A stretch of DNA of 64,000 nucleotides from Eledone cirrhosa (GCA_964016885.1 OZ024763.1:28644001-28708000), one strand, 5' to 3'. Positions 27,755 through 41,955 are shown, counted from the first letter of the stretch. Program-made: numbers and translations. The notes: a model not told the origin generated them from the sequence alone.

Positions 27755-27797
27755 TTGTGTGCATATATAAATATATATATATATAAATATATATATA

Positions 27798-27990
27798 TAT
27801 ATTGTTATACTTTGGGAGGGTCATGTTGCCAATAAGAAACACACGCACCAGTTGCTTTCACTTCAATTTATTATAATAAATTTATAAATTTCCGGTTGGT
27901 TGGTTGGTTCCACAACCAGATGGTTGTTTATATATTGTCAAAGTTCTTTCGTCACACATTCTGTGACCTCTTCAGTGACTGGGGATTCTT
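27798..27990 (-). mobile_element. Family C hammerhead-bearing short element (Penelope pseudo-LTR-like)
   Basis: Near-identical to 61177-61387; partial copies at about 28965-29030 and 30558-30608; the 3' end abuts (TA)n. Confidence 0.8.
27937..27979 (-). ncRNA. Type I minimal hammerhead ribozyme
   Basis: Minus strand gtca-CTGAAGA-g-gtcac-agaatgt-gtgac-GAAA-g-aa-c-TT-tgac. Confidence 0.7.
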
Positions 27991-28075
27991 TTCTTTGTTT
28001 TTGTGCCTCTCCTTTGTTCTGTCCTACGCCATCTTGTTTCTGTGTGTCGCGTAAGGAACACTCTTTAGTTTTTTA

Positions 28076-28116
28076 TGCTCTTGAGAAGCACTTTTCGGGC
28101 GAAACGTACCTAGGTG
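28076..28116 (+). ncRNA. Degenerate hammerhead-like motif with TTGAGAA (U3-A8) core
   Basis: gctc-TTGAGAA-gc-acttttcgg-gc-GAAA-cgtacc-TA-ggtgc; stems I and III are imperfect. Confidence 0.4.
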
Positions 28117-29029
28117 CTGTTTTAAATAAACGTTTTAAGGTTTGTTCTCCTTTATATTTTTTCACGTATATATATATATGAAAATGTCTGTATGTATGTG
28201 TATATGTGTGTCGCCATTTTTTAATGAGGGCTCATATATTCTAAACCATTCATGTGATTTCTTTGACATTTTTTACAGAGATTCTCCTTGCACAAAAGCT
28301 GTACATGATCTACAAAGGCTTTAAAAAATCGATATTGGGGACTTTGGAGACATTAAAAAAGTTTCGGTTATTTGTGTGAATTTTCGTGATTAGTTTTCGT
28401 AATCAAGAGTTAACTTTCGTAATACGGCTTATTCGGATTTTAATTTACTCTTTCTACTTGAAACAAAGAGAATAACAATATTATTTCGTATATTTCACAA
28501 CCAGCAATTTCTAACAGATTACTAAGTTAAGTTATAGATTTGACATTGTATAATTTATCGTTTCAAGCTTGATGTTCATTTTAACTGATCTCATAACTTT
28601 TACAATATTATGTTTAAATTTATCTAAAGGATGGTTTATACATCAAAGACTTTAGAATTATTCTATTTTTTCGCATTGATTAGACTACCTTCTGACACAT
28701 AATTTAATTATTAACTTACATACCCTGTACATTTCCAACGTCATATCGCTACATGTACTTCAAATACATTTTACAATTAATCTTTATTTTTACATTCGAT
28801 TGTGTTATATCGTGTTTCTTCTATGTATTCAAATTTACTTTGTTTAGTTTAATGAGCTACATCGAAAGCTACTTGAACCGTCCAAAGTAGTAGGGGTAGT
28901 TTAGCTAGTATATATATTTATATGTGTGTGTGTATCTCTGTCTATATATATAACCCAAACCAAACAGCGAGTGTGTTCTATTATTATTTCTGGCAATATC
29001 ATAACAATATGACCCTCCCCAAATATAAT

Positions 29030-29072
<43 letters not shown>

Positions 29073-29143
29073 CTAACCATGTCTGTCTATTTCTCTATCT
29101 ACAGCTTTAACTATCCATCTCTCCAACCAAATATCTATCTATC

Positions 29144-29174
<31 letters not shown>

Positions 29175-29291
29175 CCATCTATGACAGTCTACCTGTCTTT
29201 GGAAATCTGTTTGTCTGTCTATTAGTCTTAGCTACTCTGTCTCTCTGTCTAACTATCTCTTCCAGTCTCTTTCTCTCTTTCTCTGACAATC

Positions 29292-29326
<35 letters not shown>

Positions 29327-29862
29327 CTGTCTATATCTCTCTGGCAATATGTGTATCTGTCTGTCTATCTGCTTGTCTATCTATCTCTATCTCTGTCTAT
29401 TTCTCTCTCTCTCTCTCTCTCTGTCTATCTGTCTGTCGCTCTGTGTCTATCTGTCTCTAGCAGTCTGTCTATCCACCACCACCACCTCCACTACCACGAA
29501 TATCACCACCACCTCTACCACCACAAACACCACCACCACCACCTCCACCTCCTCCACCATCAACACCACTACCACCAGCACCACTACCACTACCACTACC
29601 ACCACCACCACCAACCCCACTACCACCACCAACCCCACCACCACCCCCACAAACACCACTACCACCACCACCACCACCACCACAAACACCACCACCACCA
29701 CCACCTTCCTCCTGTTATCATGTCATTTCTCACCAAAGACTTTTTCATTCCATTTTTTTCCATCTTTCTTTAATCTTTGCCCTTCTTCCCTGTTTCTTTC
29801 TTTTAACTCATTCATCGTCTTTCCTTCTTTTATCACGTACTTTATACACTCAAAACCCCAGC

Positions 29863-29914
<52 letters not shown>

Positions 29915-30025
29915 TTCGCTCTCGCCATCTCTCTCTCTTTCGCTCTCGCCATCTCTCTCGCCATCTCTCTCGCTCTCTCTCTCGCTCTCTCTCGCCATCT
30001 CTCTCGCTCTCTCTCGCCATCTCTC

Positions 30026-30056
<31 letters not shown>

Positions 30057-30181
30057 TCTAAAACTCCTTTTCTTTCTCCCTAACATTTTGTCTTTCCCGC
30101 GCTCTCTCTTTTCATTCTTATTTCTCATTCACATCAAACACACGCACACACACACATATATATATATAAATATATATATAA

Positions 30182-30242
<61 letters not shown>

Positions 30243-30388
30243 CAAATACACAAGCTTTCCCATTCTCTTTCTCTCTCACTCACTCACTCACTCCTCCATC
30301 ATTTCATTTTATTTCTCCCTCACTATACATATTCATGCATATATATATATATATATAATGTGTGTGTGTATATATGTGTGTGTGTGTG

Positions 30389-30452
<64 letters not shown>

Positions 30453-30475
30453 CATACATATATATATATATATAT

Positions 30476-30546
<71 letters not shown>

Positions 30547-30604
30547 GTTTCTGAATTTGTTCGTGTGTTTCTTATTGGCAACATGACCCTCCCAAAGTAT
30601 AACA

Positions 30605-30669
<65 letters not shown>

Positions 30670-30738
30670 TATATATATATGCATATATATATACACATAT
30701 ATATACATATACATACTTATATATACACACACACACAC

Positions 30739-30801
<63 letters not shown>

Positions 30802-30909
30802 GTTTTTTCTTCTCTAATCCTCATTTCTTTCTCAATTTACGCTGATTTCAGATGAAACATTTTTTTCCTGTTTAGCTTTCATTTCCTTTTGTTCCCGAAT
30901 TCTCTATTT

Positions 30910-31665
30910 CACCATCACCATCATCATCACCATCACCATCATTATCATCATCATCACCATCATCATCAGCATCGTCATCATCGTGATCGTCATCATCGTC
31001 ATCTTCATCACCATCGTCATCGTCATCATCATCATCATCACCATCACAACCACCATCACCACCATCACCATCACCACCACCATCATGACCATCGTCATCA
31101 TCATCATCATCATCACCTTCGTTACCACCATTACCACCACCACCACCACCATCACCATCATCACCATCACCTGCCTTATCACCATCACCATCATCAATAC
31201 CATCATCGTCATCATCACCATCATCACCATCATCATCTTCCTTACCACCATCACCATCATCACTATCATCATCATCATCATCATCGACGTCCTTACCACC
31301 ATCACCACCACCATTACCATCATCACCACCACCACCATCACCACCATCACCATCACCTTCCTTATCACCATCGTCATCATCAATACCATCATCGTCATTA
31401 TCACCATCATCACCATCATCACCATCATCACCATCATCACCTTCCTTACCACCACCACCATCATCATCATCAATACCATCCTCATCACCACCACCACCAC
31501 CACCACCATCACAATCACCACCATCATCGTAGACATGATCGTCATCACCTACCTTATCACCATCATCACAATCATCATCATCATCATCATCATCATCACA
31601 TCACCTTCCTTAACACGATCATCATCATCATCATCATCATCATCGCCATCATTATCGTCACTGTC
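30910..31665. repeat. (CAT/CAC)n trinucleotide repeat
   Basis: Direct inspection; the poly-His ORFs are artefacts. Confidence 0.95.
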
Positions 31666-31763
31666 ATGTGATGGGTGTATATATATATATATAAGCGGGT
31701 ATAGAATTTACAGAATTACAGAATTCAAGTGTAAAGATGTAAAGAGTGTATGACGTCATATGC

Positions 31764-31806
<43 letters not shown>

Positions 31807-31937
31807 CATTTCTGGCTTATATATATATATATATGTATATATGTGTGTGTGGGGGTGGGTGTATGTTTGTATGTATATATGTATATACATATATATGTGT
31901 GTGTATGTGTGTGTTTGAGCGTGCGTATACGTATAAT

Positions 31938-31968
<31 letters not shown>

Positions 31969-31974
31969 TCCCAT

Positions 31975-32009
<35 letters not shown>

Positions 32010-32057
32010 CACACACATACAGCTTTCTGTCTCTCTCTCTCTCCCTCTCTCTCTCTT

Positions 32058-32095
<38 letters not shown>

Positions 32096-32739
32096 CATAT
32101 ATATAAACACACACACACATAAATATATCAATGAACGCATATGCATTCACGTATTCTTATATATATGTATATACATATATATATATATGTATGTATGTAT
32201 ATATATATATATATACGTATGTATATATATATGTGTGTGTGTGTGTATGTATATATATATATATATGTGTGTGTGTATGTGAAATAAAGTTTGTATGCAT
32301 ACATGTCTTATGGGAATTTCTTGGGAAATCCCAACATCTTCTCCACCACCACCACCACCACCAACAACAACACCAACAACAACAACAGCACTACCATCAC
32401 AACCACCACCACCACCACCAGCGCCACCTAGTAGCAATACTGTATAAGGACGCAATTTGTGTTCGGCCTTTATGTGCCTTATCTATATTTAAACTTTAAA
32501 AATGTATAGCGATGATATTAAAGATGGCGGCTTGAAGAAAATAAATAGGTGAGAGTGGTGGGAGGGGGGAGAGTGAGCAGATAAAAATAGATATAAGAAT
32601 ATAGTGAGTGATGGTGTGAGTGAGTGTTGGGGGGTGGGAGATCAGAATTAGAGAGGAAGAGGGAGGTAAGAGACTGAGTTGGAAAGGGAGGCGCGGTGGG
32701 GGAGATTTTGGCGATGGTGGGTGATGTATGGAGGGGTGG

Positions 32740-32787
<48 letters not shown>

Positions 32788-32875
32788 GGGTGGGGTGCAA
32801 ATAGCTTAGAGGTTAAGTCTTAATGTGCTCAAAGCAAAAGAAAGTTGAGGAAAGATGAAAGGAATCCCCCCCCCC

Positions 32876-33010
<135 letters not shown>

Positions 33011-33156
33011 CATATATATATATACACATATATATATACATATATATATACATATATACATAAATAAATGTGGTGGTGTTTATATGCACACATACATATC
33101 TGTACATATATCTGTGTATATATGTATATATACATGTATGTGTGTGTATATATATA

Positions 33157-33195
<39 letters not shown>

Positions 33196-33243
33196 GTGTG
33201 AGTGTAGATATGTATATAAATATGTATGTACACACACACACAC

Positions 33244-33300
<57 letters not shown>

Positions 33301-33335
33301 CGTATGCATGTATATGTATATGTATGCATATATAC

Positions 33336-33408
<73 letters not shown>

Positions 33409-33676
33409 TATATTTCTGTGACTGTGTTTTTATATGTGGATATATTGACATATAAAACGCGAGAATGTTAAAAGAAAGAAGGAAAGAAAGGAAGAAAGAA
33501 AGAAAGAAGAAACCTACAGAGACTGATTAATACTAAGTTATATAACTAATTACGTGCATACTTCTATCGATGCATTTATCTGCATGACGTTGCATGTATT
33601 GATGTGAGTGCTTATGTATGTGTGTGTGTGTCTATGTGTGTGTGTGTGTGTGTCCGTGTATGTGCGTGTGTATCTG

Positions 33677-33708
<32 letters not shown>

Positions 33709-34354
33709 AATATGAAAACAAACGTGCTGCGTGGATGCATATGGGTTACATATGAATAAAGTTAGTCCTTCATCAGTGATCTTCCAACCATCATTGGTAT
33801 TTCATCGCTTTAAAGACCATATACCTCCGGTTGGTGCGAGCAACGGCTAAAGAAAGTCGTTGGGACACGTGAATAAGGGGAACGAGCGAGAGTGTAAACA
33901 AACAAAGATTGTGAAGCAACGAAAAGTGAGGAAGAAAGAGTCAAGTCCCAGATTTCCATGAATATAAGTTCGGTGAAATCGTGAACGAGAGAGAATAAAG
34001 ACCATGAAACCTAGTCGAAATGTGAGCAAGGAAGGAATTCCGCACAGGTCAAACGGGAGGAAGAAGAATATATATATATATACACATGATTCATGTGATT
34101 ATTTATAGATCTATTAACACAAAACGTTATAAAACAAGTTAAGGAATATAATACCATATACAGGCATAAGATCATTAACAAGATACGGTAAGCACACAAA
34201 CAATACAATAACAATAAAATAAGGGTGTTAAGAAATATAACTAACAAGTGAGTCATGAATTCTGGACCACTCTGTGGACCTGTTATTTTTATCTAAAGAA
34301 ATTTTTTTCCAATTCCAACCCGCCCGTCCCCTCAATCTATCTTTTTTCTCATTC

Positions 34355-34393
34355 TTTCTCCTGATGAAGGACTAGCGTCCGAAACGTTAAGAC
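34355..34393 (+). ncRNA. Minimal hammerhead ribozyme (family D)
   Basis: tctc-CTGATGA-a-ggac-tagc-gtcc-GAAA-cg-TT-aaga; palindromic AACGTT stem III; one mismatch in stem I. The downstream tail 34433-34480 recurs at 1371-1418. Confidence 0.65.
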
Positions 34394-34528
34394 CCTCTTC
34401 CTGCTATATCAAGCGTTAACCTTATATATCCCTTCCATATACTGTACCGATTGTGTTGTTAGTTCTGTTTACCTTTTACACACACACACACACACGCACA
34501 GACACGCACACACACACACACACGCACA

Positions 34529-34647
<119 letters not shown>

Positions 34648-34885
34648 AAAAAAGATGATATCGAAAATGCAACTGGAGTCTTTTTAAGAATATTTATTTG
34701 TTTCCTGTACCGGTTTCACAGTTCTTATGCTTTTCAAAAGTGGAATTGAGGGTTTGTGGTTTTTCTCACATCACATATATATAGAGATTTTGAGTTTATG
34801 TTGGTTGTATACCAACACCTCAGTATGCAGGCTGGAGCACTCGACGAAGTGCGCAGGTTGGTTTGGTTACTCCGGAGTAGTGTAA

Positions 34886-35186
34886 AATAAAGTTAAATAA
34901 AAGTCAAATGATTAAAATTTAGCTTCGTTTATTACTGCTATATATATTTCAGTGACAGCCATCTTTGGTCATATGACACCAGTTCCTCAGTGAATTAACA
35001 ACCCAACAAGGAACTGGGCATATCAGAGTATTGACAATATTATACACCTAAACAACATATGTACTTGTCTATACCATACTAATTCAAACTGCCTGAAGAG
35101 GTCACAGCCAAAGATAGCTGTCACTGAAATATATATAGCAGTAATAAACGAAGCTAAATTTTAATCATTTGACTTTTATTTAACTT

Positions 35187-35190
<4 letters not shown>
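34886..35190 (+). mobile_element. Penelope-like pseudo-LTR with an inverted, truncated upstream copy
   Basis: 34886-34968 is the reverse complement of about 35108-35190; the element ends in (TA)n. Confidence 0.8.
35088..35142 (+). ncRNA. Type I hammerhead ribozyme
   Basis: actgc-CTGAAGA-ggtcacagc-caaagata-gctgtcact-GAAA-tatata-TA-gcagt; perfect 5-bp stem I. Confidence 0.75.
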
Positions 35191-35227
<37 letters not shown>

Positions 35228-35974
35228 ATTAATATATAAGGGAACAAAGAATCAGTGTTACATCATATATTACATATGTTTCACTGTCGATCAGCTCAAG
35301 GAACGGTCTATTAATGATCGAACCTGACTATATGTGAGGTGTAAAGTACCTCATTAATACTTACCCAGACACACACCCAATGTCTTTATACATATACCAA
35401 CACATTACAACTTTAGATCAGTTTGACAAACGCAATCGATGAATGTAAGAAAATTCTCCAGAAAGTTAACCGCGATTTTTTTTTAAAAACCTTCCACCGA
35501 AGTTAACAAAGGGTTTAATAGATCTACATAGCAAAATCATAAGATTATAAAATTGTCAACTTAGAAAAATTAAAATGTTATAGAATAGCATCTACAAGGG
35601 AAATTATACTTTTCCTTTTTTTATATTATATATACGAGCTGGAAAACCACCCTTCGGGTGTAATCTATAATGTAATCCATGATACATTAAAAAAGTATAT
35701 ATTATATATAAACTGCATTAGAAGAAAATTAGTGACGGAAATATATGAATGTTTATATAAGCGATCGCTAACCGGAAGTGTTGACATTTGAACATTTTAA
35801 AGAAGTGAATCTTTAAATAAGCAATAAAATATATTTAATCAAGAGTTACGGAATTTAGTAGATAAATTATGTAATATTCATTCATCATGAATTCAAAGTA
35901 ATCCAACTTATTTTACAAACGGGATAAAAATATATATTCTGGACGCAGTCCCGCACTATTTTATTATAGTTAAG

Positions 35975-36077
<103 letters not shown>

Positions 36078-36268
36078 TCCCGGATTCAAGCGAGGGTAAC
36101 CACAGTATTGCATAGTAGAGTATATACAAACATTTAATATAGAAATGGCTTCCAGTGGACTAGAACTATTTCATTCGAAGGAAATCACTGGGAAAGGTTT
36201 CCTGGCGATTTCCTTCGGATCTAGCTGTCGAAATGCGCGGAGCTCAATCGTCGGATTCCTGACTCTTA
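36078..36268. mobile_element. Diverged hybrid of the family B arm and the family A half-ribozyme
   Basis: ggactagaactatttcattcg (family B, minus) followed by ttc-CTGGCGA...gtc-GAAA-tgcgcggagctcaatcg-TC-gga (family A-like). Confidence 0.55.
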
Positions 36269-36270
36269 TG

Positions 36271-36321
<51 letters not shown>

Positions 36322-36388
36322 CAAGGTTTAGCAAATAAGAAAAAGTTTCAAAATAAATTTTAAAAAAATCACTCTACGCACTATGGTT

Positions 36389-36475
36389 ACCTTTACCGAA
36401 TCGGTTTCGAGTCTCAAAAATAAATGGATAGTCCTTGCGGCCTTCCATTGAAAAGATAAACTCTCGTCAGAAGGT
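36389..36475 (-). ncRNA. Type I hammerhead ribozyme with extended loop II
   Basis: Minus strand acctt-CTGACGA-gagt[...ccgcaaggact...]actc-GAAA-ccgattcgg-TA-aaggt; all three stems pair. Confidence 0.8.
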
Positions 36476-36810
36476 TTTTTTCACTCGGAGAATATAAAAT
36501 TCCCGAGTTCAAATTACGAACTGGCGCTATTCAAAATTATTCCCGAGATGAGAATGAATGATGTGGAAGCAATTCTGTCCAGTGCCGTGTGTAAAGATAG
36601 AAGGCAGAGGCAGGGAGGTCAATCTACTACCACTATAAATAGCAGCAGTCAGAACGACCAAATTTTATCTTGACCAAGAGGAGAATAATAATAATAAAGT
36701 ATATATCCCTACACGCAGAAAGCGTCCAGGGACACATGTATTGTCCAACCATATGTATATGTATATATATATATGTATATATATATTTAAGTATATCTCG
36801 AGCTCAATCA

Positions 36811-37046
36811 GGGGTAGCCACAGTAAGTAAGGTACTCAATACAAAGCAGACTGTAAATATTTAATATAGAAAGGCTTCTACAGGACTAGAACTGTTTCAT
36901 TCGGGAGAAATCATCAGGAAATCAAATCATCAGGCTTCGTGATGATTCCTCCCGAATGAAACAGTTCTAATCCTGTAGTAACCATTTCTATATTAAATAT
37001 TTATACTGTGCTATGTATTGAGTACCTTACTTACTAGGGTTACCCT
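36811..37046. mobile_element. Family B palindromic element with back-to-back hammerheads
   Basis: About 110-bp inverted arms; the minus-strand ribozyme at 36874-36922 has an intact CTGATGA/GAAA/GTA core, the plus copy has GTGATGA. Confidence 0.8.
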
Positions 37047-37207
37047 AGAAGGAAACCGGGATAAACTTATATATCCAGTTAGACAGAGAGAGGTAGTGTT
37101 TTATCTGTAAATAAGTGTGTTTTTGAGTGTGAGTGTGCGGAATTGCGTATTTGTAACTACATGTATTAATCTGAGTGAGTGTGGGCCTGAGTGTGTGTGT
37201 GTGTGTC

Positions 37208-37262
<55 letters not shown>

Positions 37263-37426
37263 ATGTGTGTGTGTGTGGACTTGATGAGGGGAGGGGGGGG
37301 GGCTTTCAAACAAGGAATTTCTTTCGGAAAGTTGATTGTCAAAAGCATCTGACTCATCATTAAATGTCAGAGGTTAAAAGTGTTTTGAAAAGGAAATATC
37401 TGAGATATATATAAAATCAATAACTC

Positions 37427-37483
<57 letters not shown>

Positions 37484-37751
37484 GATATGTGTGTGTGTGT
37501 GTGTGTGTGTGTATTTGTGTGAGTATATATGTATGTATCTGCGCATATATATATATATATATATGTATGTATATACACATATATGTATAGATGAGTATAT
37601 GTGTGTATACATATATATATATACACACTTATATATGTGTGTGTATGTATATATACATTTTTTACACAATTTTCTCAGCTATTGTTTATAATGATCGGCC
37701 ATTACTTTTGTCATTTCTGTGCTGGGACTTTATATACACACACACACACAT

Positions 37752-37810
<59 letters not shown>

Positions 37811-37817
37811 TAAGTTA

Positions 37818-38001
37818 TTCCGGGTTGAATCGGAGGTAACCACAGTAAGTAAGGTACTCAATACATAGCAGAGTATAAAAGTTTTAATATAGATGAGATT
37901 CTACAGGACTAGAACTGTTTCATTCTTTAGAAATCATCAGGAGCCAGATTCCTGATGATTTCTAAGGAATGAAACAGTTCTAGTCCTGTAGAATCCCATC
38001 T

Positions 38002-38003
<2 letters not shown>
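37818..38003. mobile_element. Family B palindromic element with back-to-back hammerheads, in (TA)n
   Basis: Inverted repeat 37889-38003; ribozyme motifs at 37897-37945 (-) and 37947-37995 (+). Confidence 0.85.
37947..37995 (+). ncRNA. Type I hammerhead ribozyme (family B)
   Basis: gattc-CTGATGA-tttc-taag-gaat-GAAA-cag-ttctagtc-ctg-TA-gaatc. Confidence 0.75.
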
Positions 38004-38035
<32 letters not shown>

Positions 38036-38113
38036 ATATTCACGTATGTATGTATATTTATGTATGTAAGTATATATATATATGTATGTGGATATATGTA
38101 TGTATGCATATAT

Positions 38114-38146
<33 letters not shown>

Positions 38147-38309
38147 GATATATATATATATATATATATGTATGTAGATATATATATATATGTAGGTATG
38201 TATATATATATGTATGTATATATATATGCATGTAGATATATGTATATATATGTATGTATATATACATATGTATACATATATATATATAAGTTTATGTATA
38301 AATATATGT

Positions 38310-38370
<61 letters not shown>

Positions 38371-38472
38371 AATGTATGGATATGTATACATGGATGTATG
38401 TTTATATATATGTATAGATGAATGTATGTTTATATATGTATACATAAGTTTATATATATGAATACATAAATG

Positions 38473-38527
<55 letters not shown>

Positions 38528-38594
38528 TGTGTATATTTAAATATGTATTATTTACATATATATATGTGTGTATGTCTGCATGTGTATGAGAGAA

Positions 38595-38765
38595 CTTAAG
38601 ACAGACCTCTGCCTTATCCTATCAAATTCCTCTCCAAAGGCATTGGTCAACCCACCCTTATACCCTTATATTATATACACTGGCCCAATGGGGCCAACAC
38701 ACAGCAGTCCTGCACCCAAAACTTTATAAGTGTGGAAGGAACCCCTCAATCAGCCAGCCATGTTC
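38595..38765 (-). mobile_element. Highly diverged SINE remnant
   Basis: caaattcctctccaaaggcattggtc...acactggcccaatggggcc...cagccagccatg resembles a reverse-complemented tRNA-SINE. Confidence 0.35.
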
Positions 38766-38978
38766 CTCCCTGTCCATTGAATAAATTGTTTTATAATTTC
38801 TTTGCACTGAACAAAAATTTTAAAAATCCGACCGCGTATGTTGAAAACCAATCATTTGAAACCGCAGTAGATGCGGGAGGGTGTAGTCTATAATTCACTT
38901 ATTTAATACAAGATTTTCATTACACACACACACACACATATATATATGTATATATGTATATATATATATATATATTTG

Positions 38979-39064
<86 letters not shown>

Positions 39065-39068
39065 TGTG

Positions 39069-39161
<93 letters not shown>

Positions 39162-39212
39162 GTATATATATATATGTATGTATATATATATATGTATGTA
39201 TATATATATATG

Positions 39213-39243
<31 letters not shown>

Positions 39244-39254
39244 GTATATATATG

Positions 39255-39317
<63 letters not shown>

Positions 39318-39358
39318 GTATATATATGTATATATATATGTATATGTATATATATATG

Positions 39359-39409
<51 letters not shown>

Positions 39410-39410
39410 G

Positions 39411-39517
<107 letters not shown>

Positions 39518-39526
39518 GTGTATATG

Positions 39527-39559
<33 letters not shown>

Positions 39560-39655
39560 GTGTGTATTAATTGTGCCTGTGTGTGTATATATATATATAT
39601 ATAAATATATATACATATATATTCATATATATAATATATGTGCATTAATTGTCCC

Positions 39656-39713
<58 letters not shown>

Positions 39714-39908
39714 TATTAACTCTGTGTGTGTGTGCATATATTTATATATATAAATAACTTTTATATATATGCATACTACATACGCATATACATATATTAC
39801 ACACATACACACACACATATATATATATATATATACATTAGATATAATTATACACACATTACACATATTTTATATGTGTATATATATATTATAGAGAGAG
39901 AGAGGGAG

Positions 39909-39939
<31 letters not shown>

Positions 39940-40044
39940 CATTTATATGCGAAAACCTGAAATATTTAAAACATTTAAACATTTCTCTCTGTTAGTTTAC
40001 TGCTAGACAATATATAGTTGTTTACAATATTTATATCTTTCTCA

Positions 40045-40439
40045 CATTGTTGGTGTTGGTGTTGTTGGCGTTGTTGTTGTTGTTGGTGTTGTTGTTGATG
40101 CTAGTGTTGTTGTTGTTGCTAGTGTTGTTGTTGTAGCTGGTTGTGTTGTTGATGTTGTTGTTGTTGGTGGTGTTGTTGTTGTTGCTGTAGCTGGTGTTGT
40201 TTTTGTTGTTGCTAGTGTTGTTGTTGTTGTTGTAGCTGGTGTTGTTATTGTTTTTGTTGTTGCTAGTGTTGTTGTAGCTGGTGTCATTGTTGTTTTTGTT
40301 GTTGCTAGTGTTGTTGTTGTTGTTGTAGCTGGTGTTGTTATTGTTTTTGTTGTTGCTAGTGTTGTTGTAGCTGGTGTCATTGTTGTTTTTGTTGTAGCTG
40401 GTGTTGTTTTTTTGTTGTTGCTAGTGTTGTTGTAGCTAA

Positions 40440-40472
<33 letters not shown>

Positions 40473-40682
40473 AGCTGGTGTTGTTGTTGTTGCTGTTGTT
40501 GGTGTTGTTGTTGCTGTTGCTGTTGTTGGTGTTGCTGCTGACGTTGTTGCTGCTGCTGTTGTTATCGTTTTGATTGCTGATGTTGTTGCTGTTGTTGTTA
40601 TTGCTATTGTTGTTGTTGCTTATGTTGTTGTTGCTGACGTTATTGCTGTTATAGTTGTTGTTGTTGTTGCTATTGTTGTTGT
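40045..40682. repeat. (GTT)n-rich low-complexity repeat
   Basis: Direct inspection. Confidence 0.95.
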
Positions 40683-40908
40683 AATCGAGGTTTCGAACCC
40701 TGCTAAAGATGTTAAGTAATGGAGACAAAATTTAATGAATTCTGATTGGATCCATAATTTCACTTTTGATTCTTCTGTCTAATTCCTTTCATCCACTAGA
40801 CCGGAAGTTGATAGCTATTAACAAAATTGACAATTCTCAAATAGGCTCAATTTCCGGTATGCAATATTACAGAATATTTAATAGTTTTTACCACCATCAT
40901 TATTATCA

Positions 40909-40943
<35 letters not shown>

Positions 40944-41059
40944 ATTATTATTTAAATTATTATTATCATTATTCTAATAATTATTTTTTATTATTGTTGT
41001 TCAATTATCTTTGTTTGCTTGTTTTGTTTCTCACTTTCTTTCTTGTTCACCCCCCCCTT

Positions 41060-41113
<54 letters not shown>

Positions 41114-41189
41114 GTCTGTCTATCTATCTATCTGTCTGTCTATCTATCTATCTGTCTATTTCTCTCTCTATATCTAACTATCTATCAAA

Positions 41190-41410
41190 GGAGTACAAAC
41201 TCTTCGTACTCCTGGAGATGAGGGTTGCACATTTTTTTTTCGGGGGTATGTGTTACCCATTTGAACTGTCTCCCCCTATTGGGGAAATCGACTAATTTTT
41301 AAATTGCATTTGTGATAACAGTTTTCACGTTTTTATTGTATGTAAACTTCCCCCTTTGTATTTGTCCCCTTCTTTTGTGCCCCTGTGGCTAATAAAGAAA
41401 CATATCTGTC
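41190..41410 (+). mobile_element. Tx1-like LINE 3' UTR fragment within (TATC)n
   Basis: Shares ctcctg(a)ggag..agggttgcaca..tttttttcggggg and ccct(g)gtggc.aataaa.gaaacatatct with 23993-24225. Confidence 0.65.
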
Positions 41411-41435
41411 ATCTATCTATCTGTCTATCCGTCTG

Positions 41436-41467
<32 letters not shown>

Positions 41468-41680
41468 TTGTCTGACTATGTGCCTATGTATGTCTGTATC
41501 CCCCCCTTTCTCCATTCATCCTTCTATCTATTTGACTATCTCTCTGTATTTTTCTCTCTCTCACTCACTCAATCGATCTATCTCTATCTATCTATCTATC
41601 GGTTTGCCTGTCAATATATTTATCAGTTTATCCATCCCATTCTCTGTATACACACGCACACATGCATATAAATAATTGCG

Positions 41681-41764
<84 letters not shown>

Positions 41765-41955
41765 CGTACATAAATGTACAATTGCTGGCGTTATGATGAG
41801 TGTTGTGGTTATTGCTGTTCATGTTATTATGAGTATCATTATAATTATATTTATTACTATAATCATCATCATTATTTCATCATTATCATTTATACCATCA
41901 TCATCATCATCATCATCATTACCATTGCTGCCATTATTATTATTATTGAAATGAA

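Noticed and set aside
26160-28900. AT-rich unique stretches possibly derived from PLE RT or GIY-YIG coding sequence (also 35400-35940 and 51600-52050)
   Set aside because: No motif recoverable with confidence by eye; needs a translated search.
40740-40810. CCAAT-box and ETS motif pair (ctgattgg, accggaagt)
   Set aside because: Short motifs expected by chance; no supporting exon or other evidence.
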